A stretch of 64,000 nt of DNA from an uncultured candidatus Porisulfidus sp. (GCA_965204575.1 OZ241993.1:1056001-1120000); one strand, 5' to 3'. Numbered from the stretch's first letter, positions 22,527 to 33,447 are shown. A program made the numbers and translations. The notes: generated by a model not told the origin, from the letters alone.

Positions 22527-23404
22527 CCCGCTGCGGGTTCGTGGCACTTTGCGGCAAGCCGAACGTCGGCAAGTCGACGCTGTTCAACCGCCTGCTGGGG
22601 AAGCCGCTGTCTGCCGCCACCGGCAAGCCGCAGACCACCCGGCACAACATCAAGGGCATCCTGACCGAGCAGGGCAACCAGTTCGTTTTCGTGGACACGC
22701 CCGGCATCCACTCCGGGCGGGTCCGGGCGCTTTCGCAATTGCTCAACGCCAACGCCAGCGAAGCCATGGGTCAGGTGGACGTGGCGGTGATGGTGGTGGA
22801 GGTCGGGGTGTGGAACGCACGCGACGAAAAGGTGCTGGGCGAATTGCGCGACGCGAAGATCCCGGTCATGCTGTGCGCCAACAAGATCGACCGCATGCCC
22901 GACCAGGCATTGATCCTGCCGTATTTTGCCCAGTTGGCCGAGCACGAGTTCCTTGAATACATCCCGGTCAGCGCGCGAACCGGGGAAGGTTGCACGGTTC
23001 TCAAGGAGAACCTGGCGAAGCACGTCCCGGAGCGGGAGCACCTGTTCGAGGCGGACGCGCTGACGGACCGGCATGAACGTTTCTTCGCGGAGGAGTTGAT
23101 TCGGGAGCAGTTGCTGATCCAGCTGGACAAGGAGCTGCCCTACGTCATGCACGTCCAGGTGACCGGCTTCCAGAACCAGGAAGAGCGCGTGCACATCTCT
23201 GCGCAGATCCTGGTGGAACGGGAATCGCAGCGCAAGATCCTGCTTGGCAAAAACGGCACACGCATTGGTTCCATCGGGCGCGCGGCACGGCTGCGCATGG
23301 CCGGGCTCCTGGATCAGCCGGTGATCCTGAAGTTGCACGTCAAGGTGCAGCCGAACTGGCAGCGGGACCCAAACATCCTGGCCAGCTATCGCGGAGGCGT
23401 GTGA
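22514..23404 (+). CDS. era: GTPase Era
   Basis: GKPNVGKST, QTTR, DTPG, NKID, KH domain. Confidence 0.96.
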   Translation: MDIVTRCGFVALCGKPNVGKSTLFNRLLGKPLSAATGKPQTTRHNIKGILTEQGNQFVFVDTPGIHSGRVRALSQLLNANASEAMGQVDVAVMVVEVGVWNARDEKVLGELRDAKIPVMLCANKIDRMPDQALILPYFAQLAEHEFLEYIPVSARTGEGCTVLKENLAKHVPEREHLFEADALTDRHERFFAEELIREQLLIQLDKELPYVMHVQVTGFQNQEERVHISAQILVERESQRKILLGKNGTRIGSIGRAARLRMAGLLDQPVILKLHVKVQPNWQRDPNILASYRGGV

Positions 23405-24099
23405 TGCGGCAGGACGAACTGGTCGCGGCGTATGTGATTCAGGCACGCCCTTGGCGCGAGACCAGCCTGCTGTACAAGGTGGTCGCACAGGACCATGGTC
23501 GGGTCAGCCTGATCCATCGCGGGGCACGCAACAACCGTCGCGACCGGCCGCTGCCGACATTGACCCCGGTACGGGTATCCTGGGGCGGGCGTGGCAGCTT
23601 GTACACCCTGCGCCACGCCGAGGTCGCCGGCCCGATGACAGTGAAAGACCCGAAGCGGCAAGTCTACGCCCTGTACGTCAACGAGATTGTCAGCTACCTG
23701 CTGCCGGACGATCGCTATTCGGACGAGATCTATCCGCTGTACCACGAGGCACTGGCTCATCTGGACACGGTCGCGGATCCTGAATTCGTGCTTCGCGGAA
23801 TCGAGATGGACTTGCTGCACTTGGCCGGCCATCCGCTGCAACTGGATCGCACCGAGCAGGGGAAGGTCGAGCCGGGCCGGCAATATCGTTATCACCCGGG
23901 GGCCGGTCCCACGGAACTTCCGGGGGAAAGCGGGGCGGACGGGATCAGCGGCCAGACCCTGCTGACTCTTCAGGCGCGGCAGGAAATGGACGAGCAAACG
24001 CGGCGCGAGGCGCGCCGCCTGATGCGGCAGGTATTGGACTACTACATTGCCCCGCAGACGATTCGGTCGCGAGGCATCATGCAAGCACTGACGGGCTGA
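23401..24099 (+). CDS. recO: DNA repair protein RecO
   Basis: RPWRETSLL..HGRVSLI..YVNEI; position after era. Confidence 0.9.
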   Translation: MMRQDELVAAYVIQARPWRETSLLYKVVAQDHGRVSLIHRGARNNRRDRPLPTLTPVRVSWGGRGSLYTLRHAEVAGPMTVKDPKRQVYALYVNEIVSYLLPDDRYSDEIYPLYHEALAHLDTVADPEFVLRGIEMDLLHLAGHPLQLDRTEQGKVEPGRQYRYHPGAGPTELPGESGADGISGQTLLTLQARQEMDEQTRREARRLMRQVLDYYIAPQTIRSRGIMQALTG

Positions 24100-24497
24100 T
24101 TCCCGCGACCTTAGGACAAACAGCACTGAAATTGAGTTTTCTAATAAATGGTAACGAGCGCAATAGGAATTGCGCTTCTAATGAGTTCGCCAATTGTGTT
24201 TTTTTGGGGACTGGCAGAACTTGTCAGTGTGCTCGAATCAATGAAGCAATCCCTTTCTTAGAAGGTCATGGAATTCGCTGATATTTTTTCTCACATTAGG
24301 ATATTTTGTTATCTTCCACAGGAAAACACCAATAGAGAGTACCGCGACCCCAGCCACTACAACACTCATAGCGATGATGAAGTCAGGCATCTTGTGCTCC
24401 CTTTAATACCAAGATTCAGTATAACAAACCAACCCTCCAAGATTGATTGCATAGGTTCATAAACATTTGAGAACAGCCGGCGGGTCGCGGTGAGAGT

Positions 24498-24595
24498 CGC
24501 GCCGCCTGATGCGGCAGGTGTTGGACTACTACATTGCTCCGCAGACGATTCGGTCGCGGGGCATCATGCAGGCGCTGACGGGTTGATTCCTGCGA
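24498..24595 (+). repeat. Second copy of the recO 3' end (matches 24011-24108)
   Basis: 91/98 nt identical by manual alignment, includes the stop codon. Confidence 0.92.
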
Positions 24596-24637
24596 TCCTC
24601 GATATGGCACCTGAGCCTCAGCGGCTCAAAGGAGGGG

Positions 24638-25510
24638 TCAAGGCAAGCAGTCTTCGGGTTCAGGCGGTTGCCCGCCGTCCCTACGCAAGATGCGCAACGC
24701 CGCCTCGATATCAGCCTCGGATGCACATGTAGCGAAGAACGAAGCCATTTTCATCGCGGATACCTTTTCGGCGACTGCCATGACGACGAACTGGTTGATG
24801 CTCGTGCCTTCCTCTTTGCTGATCTCCGTGACCGCCGACTTTAGGGAAGCCGGTAGTCTCAGGGGATAGGTGCTGGCTGGCTTCTTCATGGCACGGTCGG
24901 GCTGTCGGTCGCGAGGTTCGAGTGGTTGGGGAATGCGTTGATTGTCGCGGCAGTACTGCCACAGGTAGGCATCGACTTGTTGCCGAGTGAGTCCATGCTC
25001 CCGGCTCAGAAACGTGACCATCTCTTCCACAGTTGCGGAACACGCGGCGGCGCATTGCTTCATCCAGGTGTCAGGCTTCTCCGTGTCTTCAAGGCCGATG
25101 GCCGTTGCCAAGTGTCGGTTCGTGGCAGGTCCCATATAGGGAAGTTCCGTAAGCACAACCCTGCCGTGCTTGCGCATCCGTTGCTTGAAAGCCTCCCATC
25201 CTTCCGCATGAATCAACTTGCATCCCTTGAGGAAAGCATCCGCCTTCCGCTGATGGCGGATCGGCAGCGTCTGGGCATCTATTGACTCCATGGCCACGAT
25301 CCTGCCCAGGTCGAGGTTGTGGAATTTCTTGACGATGGTGTCGAAGTGCTTCTCGACGACTGAGTTCCGAAAACCCGAGACATAGATGACCCAGAGGTAC
25401 ACCTCAAGAAATCCCTTCAGGTCGAGATCGTCGAAAACCCTCGGCTCCCACGGGCTGCCAACATGTGCCTGTGCGGTTTCCAGCATCCGTGTTGCCTTGT
25501 TCTTATCCAT
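24638..25510 (-). CDS. HhH/glycosylase-like protein fused in frame to an RHH (HicB-like) antitoxin (24638-24889)
   Basis: WVIYVSGFRNSVV..FHNLD and LPYMGPAT..KPD; C-terminal MKKPASTYPLRLPASLK..EGTSINQFVVMAVAEK. Confidence 0.6.
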   Translation of the reverse strand: MDKNKATRMLETAQAHVGSPWEPRVFDDLDLKGFLEVYLWVIYVSGFRNSVVEKHFDTIVKKFHNLDLGRIVAMESIDAQTLPIRHQRKADAFLKGCKLIHAEGWEAFKQRMRKHGRVVLTELPYMGPATNRHLATAIGLEDTEKPDTWMKQCAAACSATVEEMVTFLSREHGLTRQQVDAYLWQYCRDNQRIPQPLEPRDRQPDRAMKKPASTYPLRLPASLKSAVTEISKEEGTSINQFVVMAVAEKVSAMKMASFFATCASEADIEAALRILRRDGGQPPEPEDCLP

Positions 25511-25610
25511 TTGTCATTGCCGTTTGCGGGCGGTCCCAACGTGAATTATAAAGAAAGGTTGATGATTTTATTGGCAATCTATAAGATGGTTTAAAATAAA
25601 AGAGATTCGC

Positions 25611-26530
25611 ATGGCACACAGGCAACCCGGGAAATCGTATCGTCAGGGCATCGCTCTGGCCCACCTGTTCGACACGTTCCCGAACGAGAAAGCGGCGCAG
25701 GAATGGTTCGAAAGCGTGGTATGGGCGAAGGGACGCTACTGCCCACGCTGTGGCTCTACGAGCACCCACGAGGCCAAGCATGCGAAATGCCCATACCGTT
25801 GCCGCGATTGCGGAAAGTACTTCAGCGTGAAGACGGGAACCGCCATGGCATCGTCCAAAGTTTCTCTTCGCAAGTGGGCCATCGCCATATACATTGACGC
25901 GACCAGCCCGAAAGGCGTGTCTTCGCTCCAGTTGCACCGAGATATCGGTGTGTCGCAGCCCACGGCCTGGTTCATGTTGCACCGCATCCGCGAAGGATTC
26001 ACGGACAAGCGCGCATCTATGGATGGCTTGGCCGAAATTGATGAGATGCACATCGGCGGCAAGCGTAAGAATATGCCCAAGAGTAAGCGAAAGGAACGGT
26101 CAGGGCGGAGTGCAACCGGCAGGACTGCGGTCGTTGGCGTGAAGGATCGCCAGACGAGGAAAGCTCGTGCAAAAGTGGTGGCGGACCCGGGTTTGGACAC
26201 TCTCCATGAGTTTCATTCGTGATCACGTCGCTGATGACGCAAAGGTCTGTACGGACGATGCCGTTCGACTCTGAACCCGTGAAACATGGCATGGGAGAGT
26301 ACGTGCGGGGCATGGCCTACACGAACGGGGTCGAGTCGCTCGGGCTCATGCTTGAGCGGGGCGATATCGGTATTGATCATCAAATGATTGCAAAGCATCT
26401 TCACTGGTACGTCAGCGGATTCGCCGGTCGTCACGGGGTGCGCGAGCGGAACACGCTGGAGCAACTGCGGGATGTTGCCGCTAGAATGGCCGGCAAGAGG
26501 TTGCCGTATTGCGAACGGGTTCGTTTCTGA
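25611..26530 (+). pseudogene. IS1595-family transposase, frameshifted
   Basis: CPRCGS..YRCRDCGKYFSVKTGT Zn ribbon, TAWFMLHRIR, EIDEMHIGG, TNGVES; frame breaks near 26210 and 26262. Confidence 0.88.
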
Positions 26531-26553
26531 CAGGGGAGTGATTGGAGAGCGTC

Positions 26554-27483
26554 ATGGGAAACCCGATTTATGGAGGTGCAACGCCTGAGCAGGTGGCACT
26601 TGAGATGCTTCGGCCATCCAAGTTCATTGAACCGCTTTATGATCTCGTGTTTGGGGACGCCTTTGATTGGCTGGAATCGGCGGAGCATGAATCGATTCAC
26701 GCGGTCGTGACCGACCCGCCTTACGGGTTGATCGAATACAAACCTGAACAACTCCAGAAGCGCCGAGATGGCAATGGCGGGGTATGGCGTCTGCCGCCTT
26801 CGTTTGATGGAAGCAAACGTCAGCCAGTTCCGCGCTTTACGGTCTTGACTGACAGGGACAAAGATGAAATGAGGGCATTTTTTGCCCGTTTGGCTGAAAG
26901 TCTCTACCCGGTCCTCGTTCCAGGGGCCCATGTCTTCATTGCTACCAACCCCCTTCTAGCCCATTTGGTCTTCGAACCGTTCCTTGCTGCAGGATATGAG
27001 AAACGAGGAACGCTGATTCGTGAAGTGCATACGCTGCGCGGCGGTGACCGTCCCAAAAATGCCCATAAGGAATTCCCTGATGTCACGGTCATGCCAAGAT
27101 CATGCTTTGAGCCATGGGAAATTTTCCGGCGTCCGCTTCAAGGACGCGTTCAAGACAATCTGCGAAAGTGGGGAACCGGCGGTCTTCGGCGTCTCTCTGC
27201 GGAGCAACCGTTCAAGGATTTAGTCAAATCGTGTCCAGCGAAGAGGAAGGAGCGGGAAATTGCCCCCCATCCTTCATTGAAACCGCAAGCGTTTCTTCGG
27301 CCGTTGGTGAGGTCCAGCCTTCCTCTTGGTAAAGGTACCATACTCGATCCATTTGCAGGGTCAGGGTCCACCCTTGCAGCGGCGATGGCTTGCGGCATAG
27401 AGAGTGTGGGCATTGAACGTGACCCGGAATACCATCAAATGGCATTGGACGCCATTCCGGCGTTGGCGCGTTTGGAAGTCTGA
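26554..27483 (+). CDS. Beta-class N4/N6 DNA methyltransferase
   Basis: VVTDPPY near N-terminus, HPSLKP, ILDPFAGSGST near C-terminus. Confidence 0.92.
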   Translation: MGNPIYGGATPEQVALEMLRPSKFIEPLYDLVFGDAFDWLESAEHESIHAVVTDPPYGLIEYKPEQLQKRRDGNGGVWRLPPSFDGSKRQPVPRFTVLTDRDKDEMRAFFARLAESLYPVLVPGAHVFIATNPLLAHLVFEPFLAAGYEKRGTLIREVHTLRGGDRPKNAHKEFPDVTVMPRSCFEPWEIFRRPLQGRVQDNLRKWGTGGLRRLSAEQPFKDLVKSCPAKRKEREIAPHPSLKPQAFLRPLVRSSLPLGKGTILDPFAGSGSTLAAAMACGIESVGIERDPEYHQMALDAIPALARLEV

Positions 27484-27485
27484 CC

Positions 27486-28085
27486 ATGTTCGACAATGAT
27501 GTTCAATTGCCTCCCGGATTGGAGATTTCCGCGATCCAACGCTCTATCGAGTTTGTCGAAAAACAATTAAGTGAACGTGACTTCGTGGACCTCTATCTTG
27601 AACAGGCCAATATATTCAGCGCGTTAGTGGGCATGTTCGCAACCAAGGCGCTGGATCAAGTCAGCAACTATGAAAAGCATCGGCATAGCCATACGGCTCA
27701 ACAACGTTTTCCTGATTTGTGCCGCCGGGGAGCATCCTTCCCACTTAAACCCGAGGATTCACTGGAGAGCAAGGCCAGCAAACGGCCTTGGGCGATACAA
27801 TCCCACTACGATCACGCCGGATGGTACATCATCTGGAGATATCTGGTCGACCTGACCAAGACCATCAAGGATGATGCGGCTTTGGTGATTTGGCGCGTTG
27901 ATGTCGTCTATTTGACCAAAACCGATTGGAAGTACGAGGGTTCGTCGGCAGATATGAGTGGCGGAGGAAGAACGCATACTTTTGGTGTGCGAAAACCTGC
28001 CACGCGATTGCGGGGCTGTGCCGTCTACAAGCGCCCCGACATCGTCATTCGTGATGGCAAGCCTGTGCCCGTCAACCTTCCTTGA
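27486..28085 (+). CDS. Putative PD-(D/E)xK restriction endonuclease
   Basis: FPDL...LESKAS motif; 2 bp downstream of the methyltransferase. Confidence 0.55.
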   Translation: MFDNDVQLPPGLEISAIQRSIEFVEKQLSERDFVDLYLEQANIFSALVGMFATKALDQVSNYEKHRHSHTAQQRFPDLCRRGASFPLKPEDSLESKASKRPWAIQSHYDHAGWYIIWRYLVDLTKTIKDDAALVIWRVDVVYLTKTDWKYEGSSADMSGGGRTHTFGVRKPATRLRGCAVYKRPDIVIRDGKPVPVNLP

Positions 28086-28283
28086 TTCCCTATTCTTTAA
28101 GAACAGTCGTAAGCAGGCGCCAACTCCAGGCAGAGGAAAAGCAGCGAAAGCGAAGCTCTTGCTTCCGTATATCCCCTAGGAACCAAGTTCAAATATGCCT
28201 TGCAACTCTTGCGGAGTGTATGCAGGTATTCCCGGAAAGCCTTTAGTGGTAGAGTGTCCATAGCAAAAACTACTTTGTGTACC

Positions 28284-29006
28284 GTGAAGAATGTACGACT
28301 AGGCGTGAATATTGACCACATAGCGACCCTGCGCCAGCAGCGCCACACGGACTACCCGGACCTGGGCGAGGCGATCCGCCGAGTGGAAGCGGCCGGGGCG
28401 GACGGCATCACCCTGCACCTGCGCGAGGACCGGCGGCACATCCAGCTGGAGGACGTGGAACAGGCGCGCCGGGAAGTGAGTGGAACCCTGAACCTGGAGA
28501 TGGCCGCAACCGAGGAGATGCTGGACATTGCGGAACGCATCCGTCCGGATTACTGCTGCCTGGTGCCTGAGCGGCGCGAGGAACTCACCACTGAAGGCGG
28601 TCTGGACGTCGTGGCGGGCGAAGATCGGATCCGGGAGGCGTGCACCCGGCTGAAAGCGGCGGGCATTCAGGTTTCGCTGTTTGTCGAGCCGACGCACGAA
28701 GCGATGGATGCCGCGGTCGAACTGGGTGCGTCGATCGTGGAGTTGCACACCGGTCCCTACGCCAACGCGACGGAGCCGGAAGCCCACGAGGCGGAGCTGG
28801 AACGGCTGGTTTCCACCACGCAGTATGCGCGGGAACGGCTGACGGTCAACGCCGGACACGGCTTGCATCGCGACAACGTGGGCCCGGTGGCTTCGATCCC
28901 GGGAATGAACGAACTTAATATCGGTCACGCCATCGTCTGCCGGGCGGTGATGGTGGGATTGGAAGGAGCCGTGCGCGAAGTGCGCGAAGCCATGGAGGCG
29001 TCATGA
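28284..29006 (+). CDS. pdxJ: Pyridoxine 5'-phosphate synthase
   Basis: [40 protein letters not shown]. Confidence 0.97.
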   Translation: MKNVRLGVNIDHIATLRQQRHTDYPDLGEAIRRVEAAGADGITLHLREDRRHIQLEDVEQARREVSGTLNLEMAATEEMLDIAERIRPDYCCLVPERREELTTEGGLDVVAGEDRIREACTRLKAAGIQVSLFVEPTHEAMDAAVELGASIVELHTGPYANATEPEAHEAELERLVSTTQYARERLTVNAGHGLHRDNVGPVASIPGMNELNIGHAIVCRAVMVGLEGAVREVREAMEAS

Positions 29007-29896
29007 GGGAGTATCCGACCATTGAATCCAGCATCGGCAACACGTCGCTGGTTCGCCTGCAGCGCATGGCGCCGGAAGGGGTGATGGTGCTGGCCAAGCT
29101 GGAAGGAGACAATCCGGCCGGTTCGGTCAAGGACCGTCCGGCCATCCACATGATCGAGGCCGCCGAGGAACGCGGAGACATCCGTCCGGGCGACACGCTG
29201 GTCGAGGCGACCAGCGGCAACACCGGGATCGCGCTGGCGCTGGCGGCGGCGATCCGCGGCTACCGGATGATCCTGATCATGCCGGAGAACATGAGCCTGG
29301 AACGGCGCCAGACCATGGCGGCGTACGGGGCCGAACTGATCCTGGTGACCGAGGCCGAGGGCATGGAGGAGGCACGCGACCGGGCGCTGGCGATGAACCG
29401 TGCGGGCGAAGCGTTCATCCTGAACCAGTTCGACAACCCGGACAACTCGGACTCGCACTACCGGGGCACCGGGCCGGAGTTGTGGCGGGACACCGGGGGC
29501 GAGCTGACGCATTTCGTGTCTTCCATGGGCACGACCGGAACCGTCAGCGGGGCCGGGCGCTACCTGAAGGAGCAGAACCCCGACATCGAGGTGATCGGCG
29601 TGGAGCCGGCGGACGGTTCCGCCATTCCGGGCATCCGCCGCTGGGCAGAGGGGTACGTCCCGAAGATCCTGGAGCGGGACGTGGTCGACCGGACAATCGA
29701 TGTCACGCGGGGGGATGCGGAGAACACCATGCGCGAACTGGCGAAGCGGGAAGGGATCTTCGCCGGGATCTCGTCGGGCGGCTGCATGCACGTGGCCCTG
29801 CAGGTGGCGGCGGAGGCCGCGCCGGGGTCGGTGATTGCCGCCATCGTGTGCGACCGCGGAGACCGCTACCTGTCCTCGGGGGTCTATCCGTCATGA
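29003..29896 (+). CDS. cysM: Cysteine synthase B
   Basis: [38 protein letters not shown]. Confidence 0.95.
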   Translation: MREYPTIESSIGNTSLVRLQRMAPEGVMVLAKLEGDNPAGSVKDRPAIHMIEAAEERGDIRPGDTLVEATSGNTGIALALAAAIRGYRMILIMPENMSLERRQTMAAYGAELILVTEAEGMEEARDRALAMNRAGEAFILNQFDNPDNSDSHYRGTGPELWRDTGGELTHFVSSMGTTGTVSGAGRYLKEQNPDIEVIGVEPADGSAIPGIRRWAEGYVPKILERDVVDRTIDVTRGDAENTMRELAKREGIFAGISSGGCMHVALQVAAEAAPGSVIAAIVCDRGDRYLSSGVYPS

Positions 29897-30696
29897 TCGG
29901 GGACGTGCTGGCCTTCGACATCGAGACCATTCCGGATGCGAAGCTGGGCCGGCGTCTTTACAACCTCTCAGACGACCTCCCCGACGAGGACGTGGTGCGC
30001 GCCATGGAGCAGTTGCGCATGCAGAAGACCGGCGGACACCTGTTCCAGCCGCTGTACCTGCAGAAAGTGGTCTGCATTTCGGTGGTGTACCACACGGAAT
30101 CGGTGCTGGTCGCGAAGTCCTTGGAGGACATCGACGCGGATGAATGCACGATCATCCGCAACTTCTTCGACGGCATCGAACGGGCCGCCCCGCGGCTGGT
30201 GACCTGGAACGGCAACGGGTTCGACCTCGCGGTGCTGAACTACCGTGCCATGCATCACGGGATCTGCGCTCCGCGCTTCTGGGAGACGGGCGACAACGAG
30301 CGGGACTTCCGCTACAACAACTACATCAGCCGCTACCACGAGCGGCACCTGGACCTGATGGACGTGCTGTCGCGCTACAACCCGCGCGCCTCGGCCGGGC
30401 TCGACGACTTCGCCACCATGCTGGGCTTCCCCGGGAAGCCGGAGGGGATGTCCGGCGGCGAGGTGTGGCCGGCCTACCGGGAGGGGCGGCTGGCCGAGAT
30501 CCGCGAGTACTGCGAAACCGACGCGATCAGCACCTACCTGGTGTTCCTGCGCTTCGAATTCCTGCGCGGCAACCTGCTGCGGGAGGAGTACGTCGAACTG
30601 TGCGACCAGTTGCAGTCCTACCTGGAAGAGGAGGACAAGGAGCACTTCCGCGATTTCCTGGCGCGGTGGGACCGCGCGGGCGACCCGGTCGGCTAG
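29893..30696 (+). CDS. PolB-like 3'-5' exonuclease family protein
   Basis: AFDIETIPD, WNGNGFD, YCETD; commonly follows cysM. Confidence 0.88.
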   Translation: MIGDVLAFDIETIPDAKLGRRLYNLSDDLPDEDVVRAMEQLRMQKTGGHLFQPLYLQKVVCISVVYHTESVLVAKSLEDIDADECTIIRNFFDGIERAAPRLVTWNGNGFDLAVLNYRAMHHGICAPRFWETGDNERDFRYNNYISRYHERHLDLMDVLSRYNPRASAGLDDFATMLGFPGKPEGMSGGEVWPAYREGRLAEIREYCETDAISTYLVFLRFEFLRGNLLREEYVELCDQLQSYLEEEDKEHFRDFLARWDRAGDPVG

Positions 30697-30700
30697 GCCG

Positions 30701-31828
30701 TCAGTCCAGCAGTTTCCCGATGATGGCGCGGTAGACTTCGGCCAGCCGGTCGAGGTCCTCGACGGCGACGTGCTCGTCGATCTTGTGGATGCTGCGGTTG
30801 ATCGGGCCGAATTCGACCACTTCGGCGCCGGTCGGCCGGATGAACCGTCCGTCCGAGGTGCCGCCTTCGGTGCTGAGCTCCGCTTCCGACCCCAGCACTT
30901 CCGATACGGCGTCCTGGCAGGTCCGGGTCAGGGTGCCGGGCGGCGTGCGGTAAGGCAGGCTCGCCTCCGCCCATTCGATCTGGTGCTCAAACCCGGCTTG
31001 CCCGAGAATCCCGGCGATCCGCTCTTTCAGTTCTTCGGCGGTGACTTCCGTCGAGTAGCGCAGGTTGAAGTCCGCGGTCAGTTCGCCCGGGACCACGTTG
31101 GCGGCGCCGCATCCGCTGTTGAGGTTGGAAACCTGGAACCGGGTCGGCTGGAAGTCCTCGTTGCCCTCGTCCCAGATGGTTTCGGTCAGTTCCACCAGGG
31201 CCGGCGCGAACCGGTGAATCGGGTTGTCGCACAGGGCCGGGTAGGCGATGTGGCCCTGGATGCCGCGAACCGTCAACCGCCCGGACAACGAACCGCGGCG
31301 GCCGTTCTTGATGACGTCGCCAAGCCGTTCGCGGCAACTGGGTTCGGCGACGACGCACCAGGCAGGGATCTCCCGGCGCGCCTGAAGTCGCTCGACCGCG
31401 GCCCGGGTGCCGTGCACGGCCGGGCCTTCCTCGTCGCTGGTCAGCAGCAGGCCGATGGCGCCGGGGTGATCGGGCCGTTGCGCGGCGTACCGGGCGCAGG
31501 CGACCACCATTGCGGCGACGCCGCCCTTCATGTCGGCCGCGCCGCGGCCGTACAGGAGCCCGTCGCGGATCGCCGGGCTGAAGGGGTCGCTGCTCCACTG
31601 CTCGAGCGGGCCGGTCGGCACGACATCGGTGTGCCCGGCAAACATCAGCAACGGTTCGCTTTCGCCGTGGCGCAGCCACAGGTTCTGAACCTCGGCGAAC
31701 GGCATGGGCTCGGCGACGAACCCATGGGGCGCGAGGTATTCGGCGATCAGGTCTTGGCAGCCCGCGTCTTCCGGCGTGACCGACGGCCGCTCGATCAGCG
31801 CGCAGGCGAGGTCCAGGACTTCCGGCAT
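30701..31828 (-). CDS. dapE: Succinyl-diaminopimelate desuccinylase
   Basis: FAGHTDVVPTG, GRGAADMKG, TSDEEG, GGTSDGRF. Confidence 0.96.
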   Translation of the reverse strand: MPEVLDLACALIERPSVTPEDAGCQDLIAEYLAPHGFVAEPMPFAEVQNLWLRHGESEPLLMFAGHTDVVPTGPLEQWSSDPFSPAIRDGLLYGRGAADMKGGVAAMVVACARYAAQRPDHPGAIGLLLTSDEEGPAVHGTRAAVERLQARREIPAWCVVAEPSCRERLGDVIKNGRRGSLSGRLTVRGIQGHIAYPALCDNPIHRFAPALVELTETIWDEGNEDFQPTRFQVSNLNSGCGAANVVPGELTADFNLRYSTEVTAEELKERIAGILGQAGFEHQIEWAEASLPYRTPPGTLTRTCQDAVSEVLGSEAELSTEGGTSDGRFIRPTGAEVVEFGPINRSIHKIDEHVAVEDLDRLAEVYRAIIGKLLD

Positions 31829-31829
31829 G

Positions 31830-32177
31830 CTACCGCTCCAGCGCCTGCGCCCAGGCCGTCTCGTCGAAGCCGACGCTCAACGTGCCTTCGGCATCGAGAA
31901 GCGGACGCTTCAGCAGGGTGGGGTGGGCGAGGAGCAACTCGACGGCAGTCGCGTCGGTCAGCCCGCTGCGTTCGTCTTCCGGCAGTCGTCGCCAGGTCGT
32001 GGAGCGGCGGTTCAGCAACGTGTCCATCCCAAGCCGGGCGGCCCAGTCTTCCAGTTGGGTGCGCGTCAGCCCGTCGGCGCGGGTGTCGTGGAAGCGGTAA
32101 TCAATGGCCTGGCGTTCCAGCCACCGGCGTGCAGCCCGGACCCGGTCGCAGTTGGGGATGCCATAGACGGTCACCAT
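31830..32177 (-). CDS. ArsC/Spx-family (YffB-like) protein
   Basis: YGIPNCDRVRAAR, LLNRRSTTWR, PTLLKRP; between dapD and dapE. Confidence 0.9.
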   Translation of the reverse strand: MVTVYGIPNCDRVRAARRWLERQAIDYRFHDTRADGLTRTQLEDWAARLGMDTLLNRRSTTWRRLPEDERSGLTDATAVELLLAHPTLLKRPLLDAEGTLSVGFDETAWAQALER

Positions 32178-32179
32178 GG

Positions 32180-33007
32180 TCAACTGTCGGCCGCTTCGCG
32201 CAGGAGCGCGTTGATGCCGACCTTGCTGCGGGTCTTCTGGTCGACCTGCTTGACGATCACCGCGCAGGCCAGGCTGTACTTTCCGTCGGAAGCGGGCAGC
32301 GAGCCGGGGACGACCACGGCGCCGGCCGGGACCCGGCCGTAGGAGACCTCGTCGCGTGCGCGATCGTAAATCCGGGTGCTCTGGCCGATGAACACGCCCA
32401 TGGAGATGACCGCGCCGCGTTCGACGATTACGCCTTCCACGATTTCCGAGCGTGCGCCGATGAAGCAGCCGTCCTCGATGATGGTGGGGGCGGCCTGCAG
32501 CGGTTCCAGCACGCCGCCGATGCCGACGCCGCCGGAGAGATGGACGTTCTTGCCGACCTGGGCGCAGGAACCGACCGTCGCCCAGGTGTCCACCATGGTT
32601 CCGGAGTCGACGTAGGCCCCGATGTTCACGAAACTCGGCATCAGCACCACGCCGGGCGCGATGAAGCTGCCGAAGCGCGCGGTCGCGGGCGGCACGATGC
32701 GGACTCCGCCGCTGTCCAGTTCCTTTTCGCTGCCCAGGGCGAAGCGGCCGGCCACCTTGTCGCGGTAGCGGGTGTGCCCGCCATCGATGACCTCGTTGTC
32801 GGTGATGCGGAACGAAAGCAGCACGGCCTTCTTGAGCCACTCGTTGACGACCCAGCCGCCGCCGGCGGGCTCGGCGACCCTCAGGCGGCCGTCGTTGAGG
32901 TCCTGCAGGGCTTCCCGCACGGCGTCGCGAACGGGCTCGGGGGCGGAGTCCGGGGTCAGTTGCGCGCGTTCCTCGAACGCCTGCTCGATGGTGGACTGGA
33001 GGCTCAT
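32180..33007 (-). CDS. dapD: Tetrahydrodipicolinate N-succinyltransferase
   Basis: [36 protein letters not shown]. Confidence 0.97.
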   Translation of the reverse strand: MSLQSTIEQAFEERAQLTPDSAPEPVRDAVREALQDLNDGRLRVAEPAGGGWVVNEWLKKAVLLSFRITDNEVIDGGHTRYRDKVAGRFALGSEKELDSGGVRIVPPATARFGSFIAPGVVLMPSFVNIGAYVDSGTMVDTWATVGSCAQVGKNVHLSGGVGIGGVLEPLQAAPTIIEDGCFIGARSEIVEGVIVERGAVISMGVFIGQSTRIYDRARDEVSYGRVPAGAVVVPGSLPASDGKYSLACAVIVKQVDQKTRSKVGINALLREAADS

Positions 33008-33196
33008 GAGAGAGGCCCGGCTGAAAGCATGGCGCGTATGTTAACAGGAAGGTCGCGAGAGGCGGGGGCGGGCGGGCCGGCGACCGATGATTTTTCACCG
33101 TTGCGGCCGGCGCGTCCGCCGCGCTTGGAGTGGCGCACACCCGCGCAGGGACAGCGGCACGGCATGTTGTATACTTAGGCGAAACCACAATGGTAG

Positions 33197-33216
33197 CCCC
33201 CCCCCCCCCCCCCCCC
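33197..33216 (+). repeat. C20 homopolymer upstream of secB
   Basis: 20 consecutive C, about 20 nt after TATACT (33170-33175). Confidence 0.9.
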
Positions 33217-33447
33217 TAGAAAGAGTCTTCCCCCGCGCCTCCGCGGCGGGCATCGGGAACGTCCGCGGCACCGCCCCGCGCAGGGCTGGCCGCGCGAGAC
33301 GGCGGTCGGGCACGTGGCGCGGCCATCGCCAGGCAGGGCGCGTTCTTTCATGCCGGCCTCAAGCGCCTGCCCAGACCGGGGTTTGATAAAGAAAAAACTA
33401 TTTGTTAAAATCCTGCCCATCATCGGGAAGTGGTATTTGCATCTTTA

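Noticed and set aside
25540-28200. Terminal inverted repeats for the IS1595 remnant
   Set aside because: No convincing paired ends found by eye
33142-33151. 10-bp match CGCGCAGGGA to the glnD 3' end near 42810 as an att site for the collagen locus
   Set aside because: Too short and GC-rich to distinguish from chance
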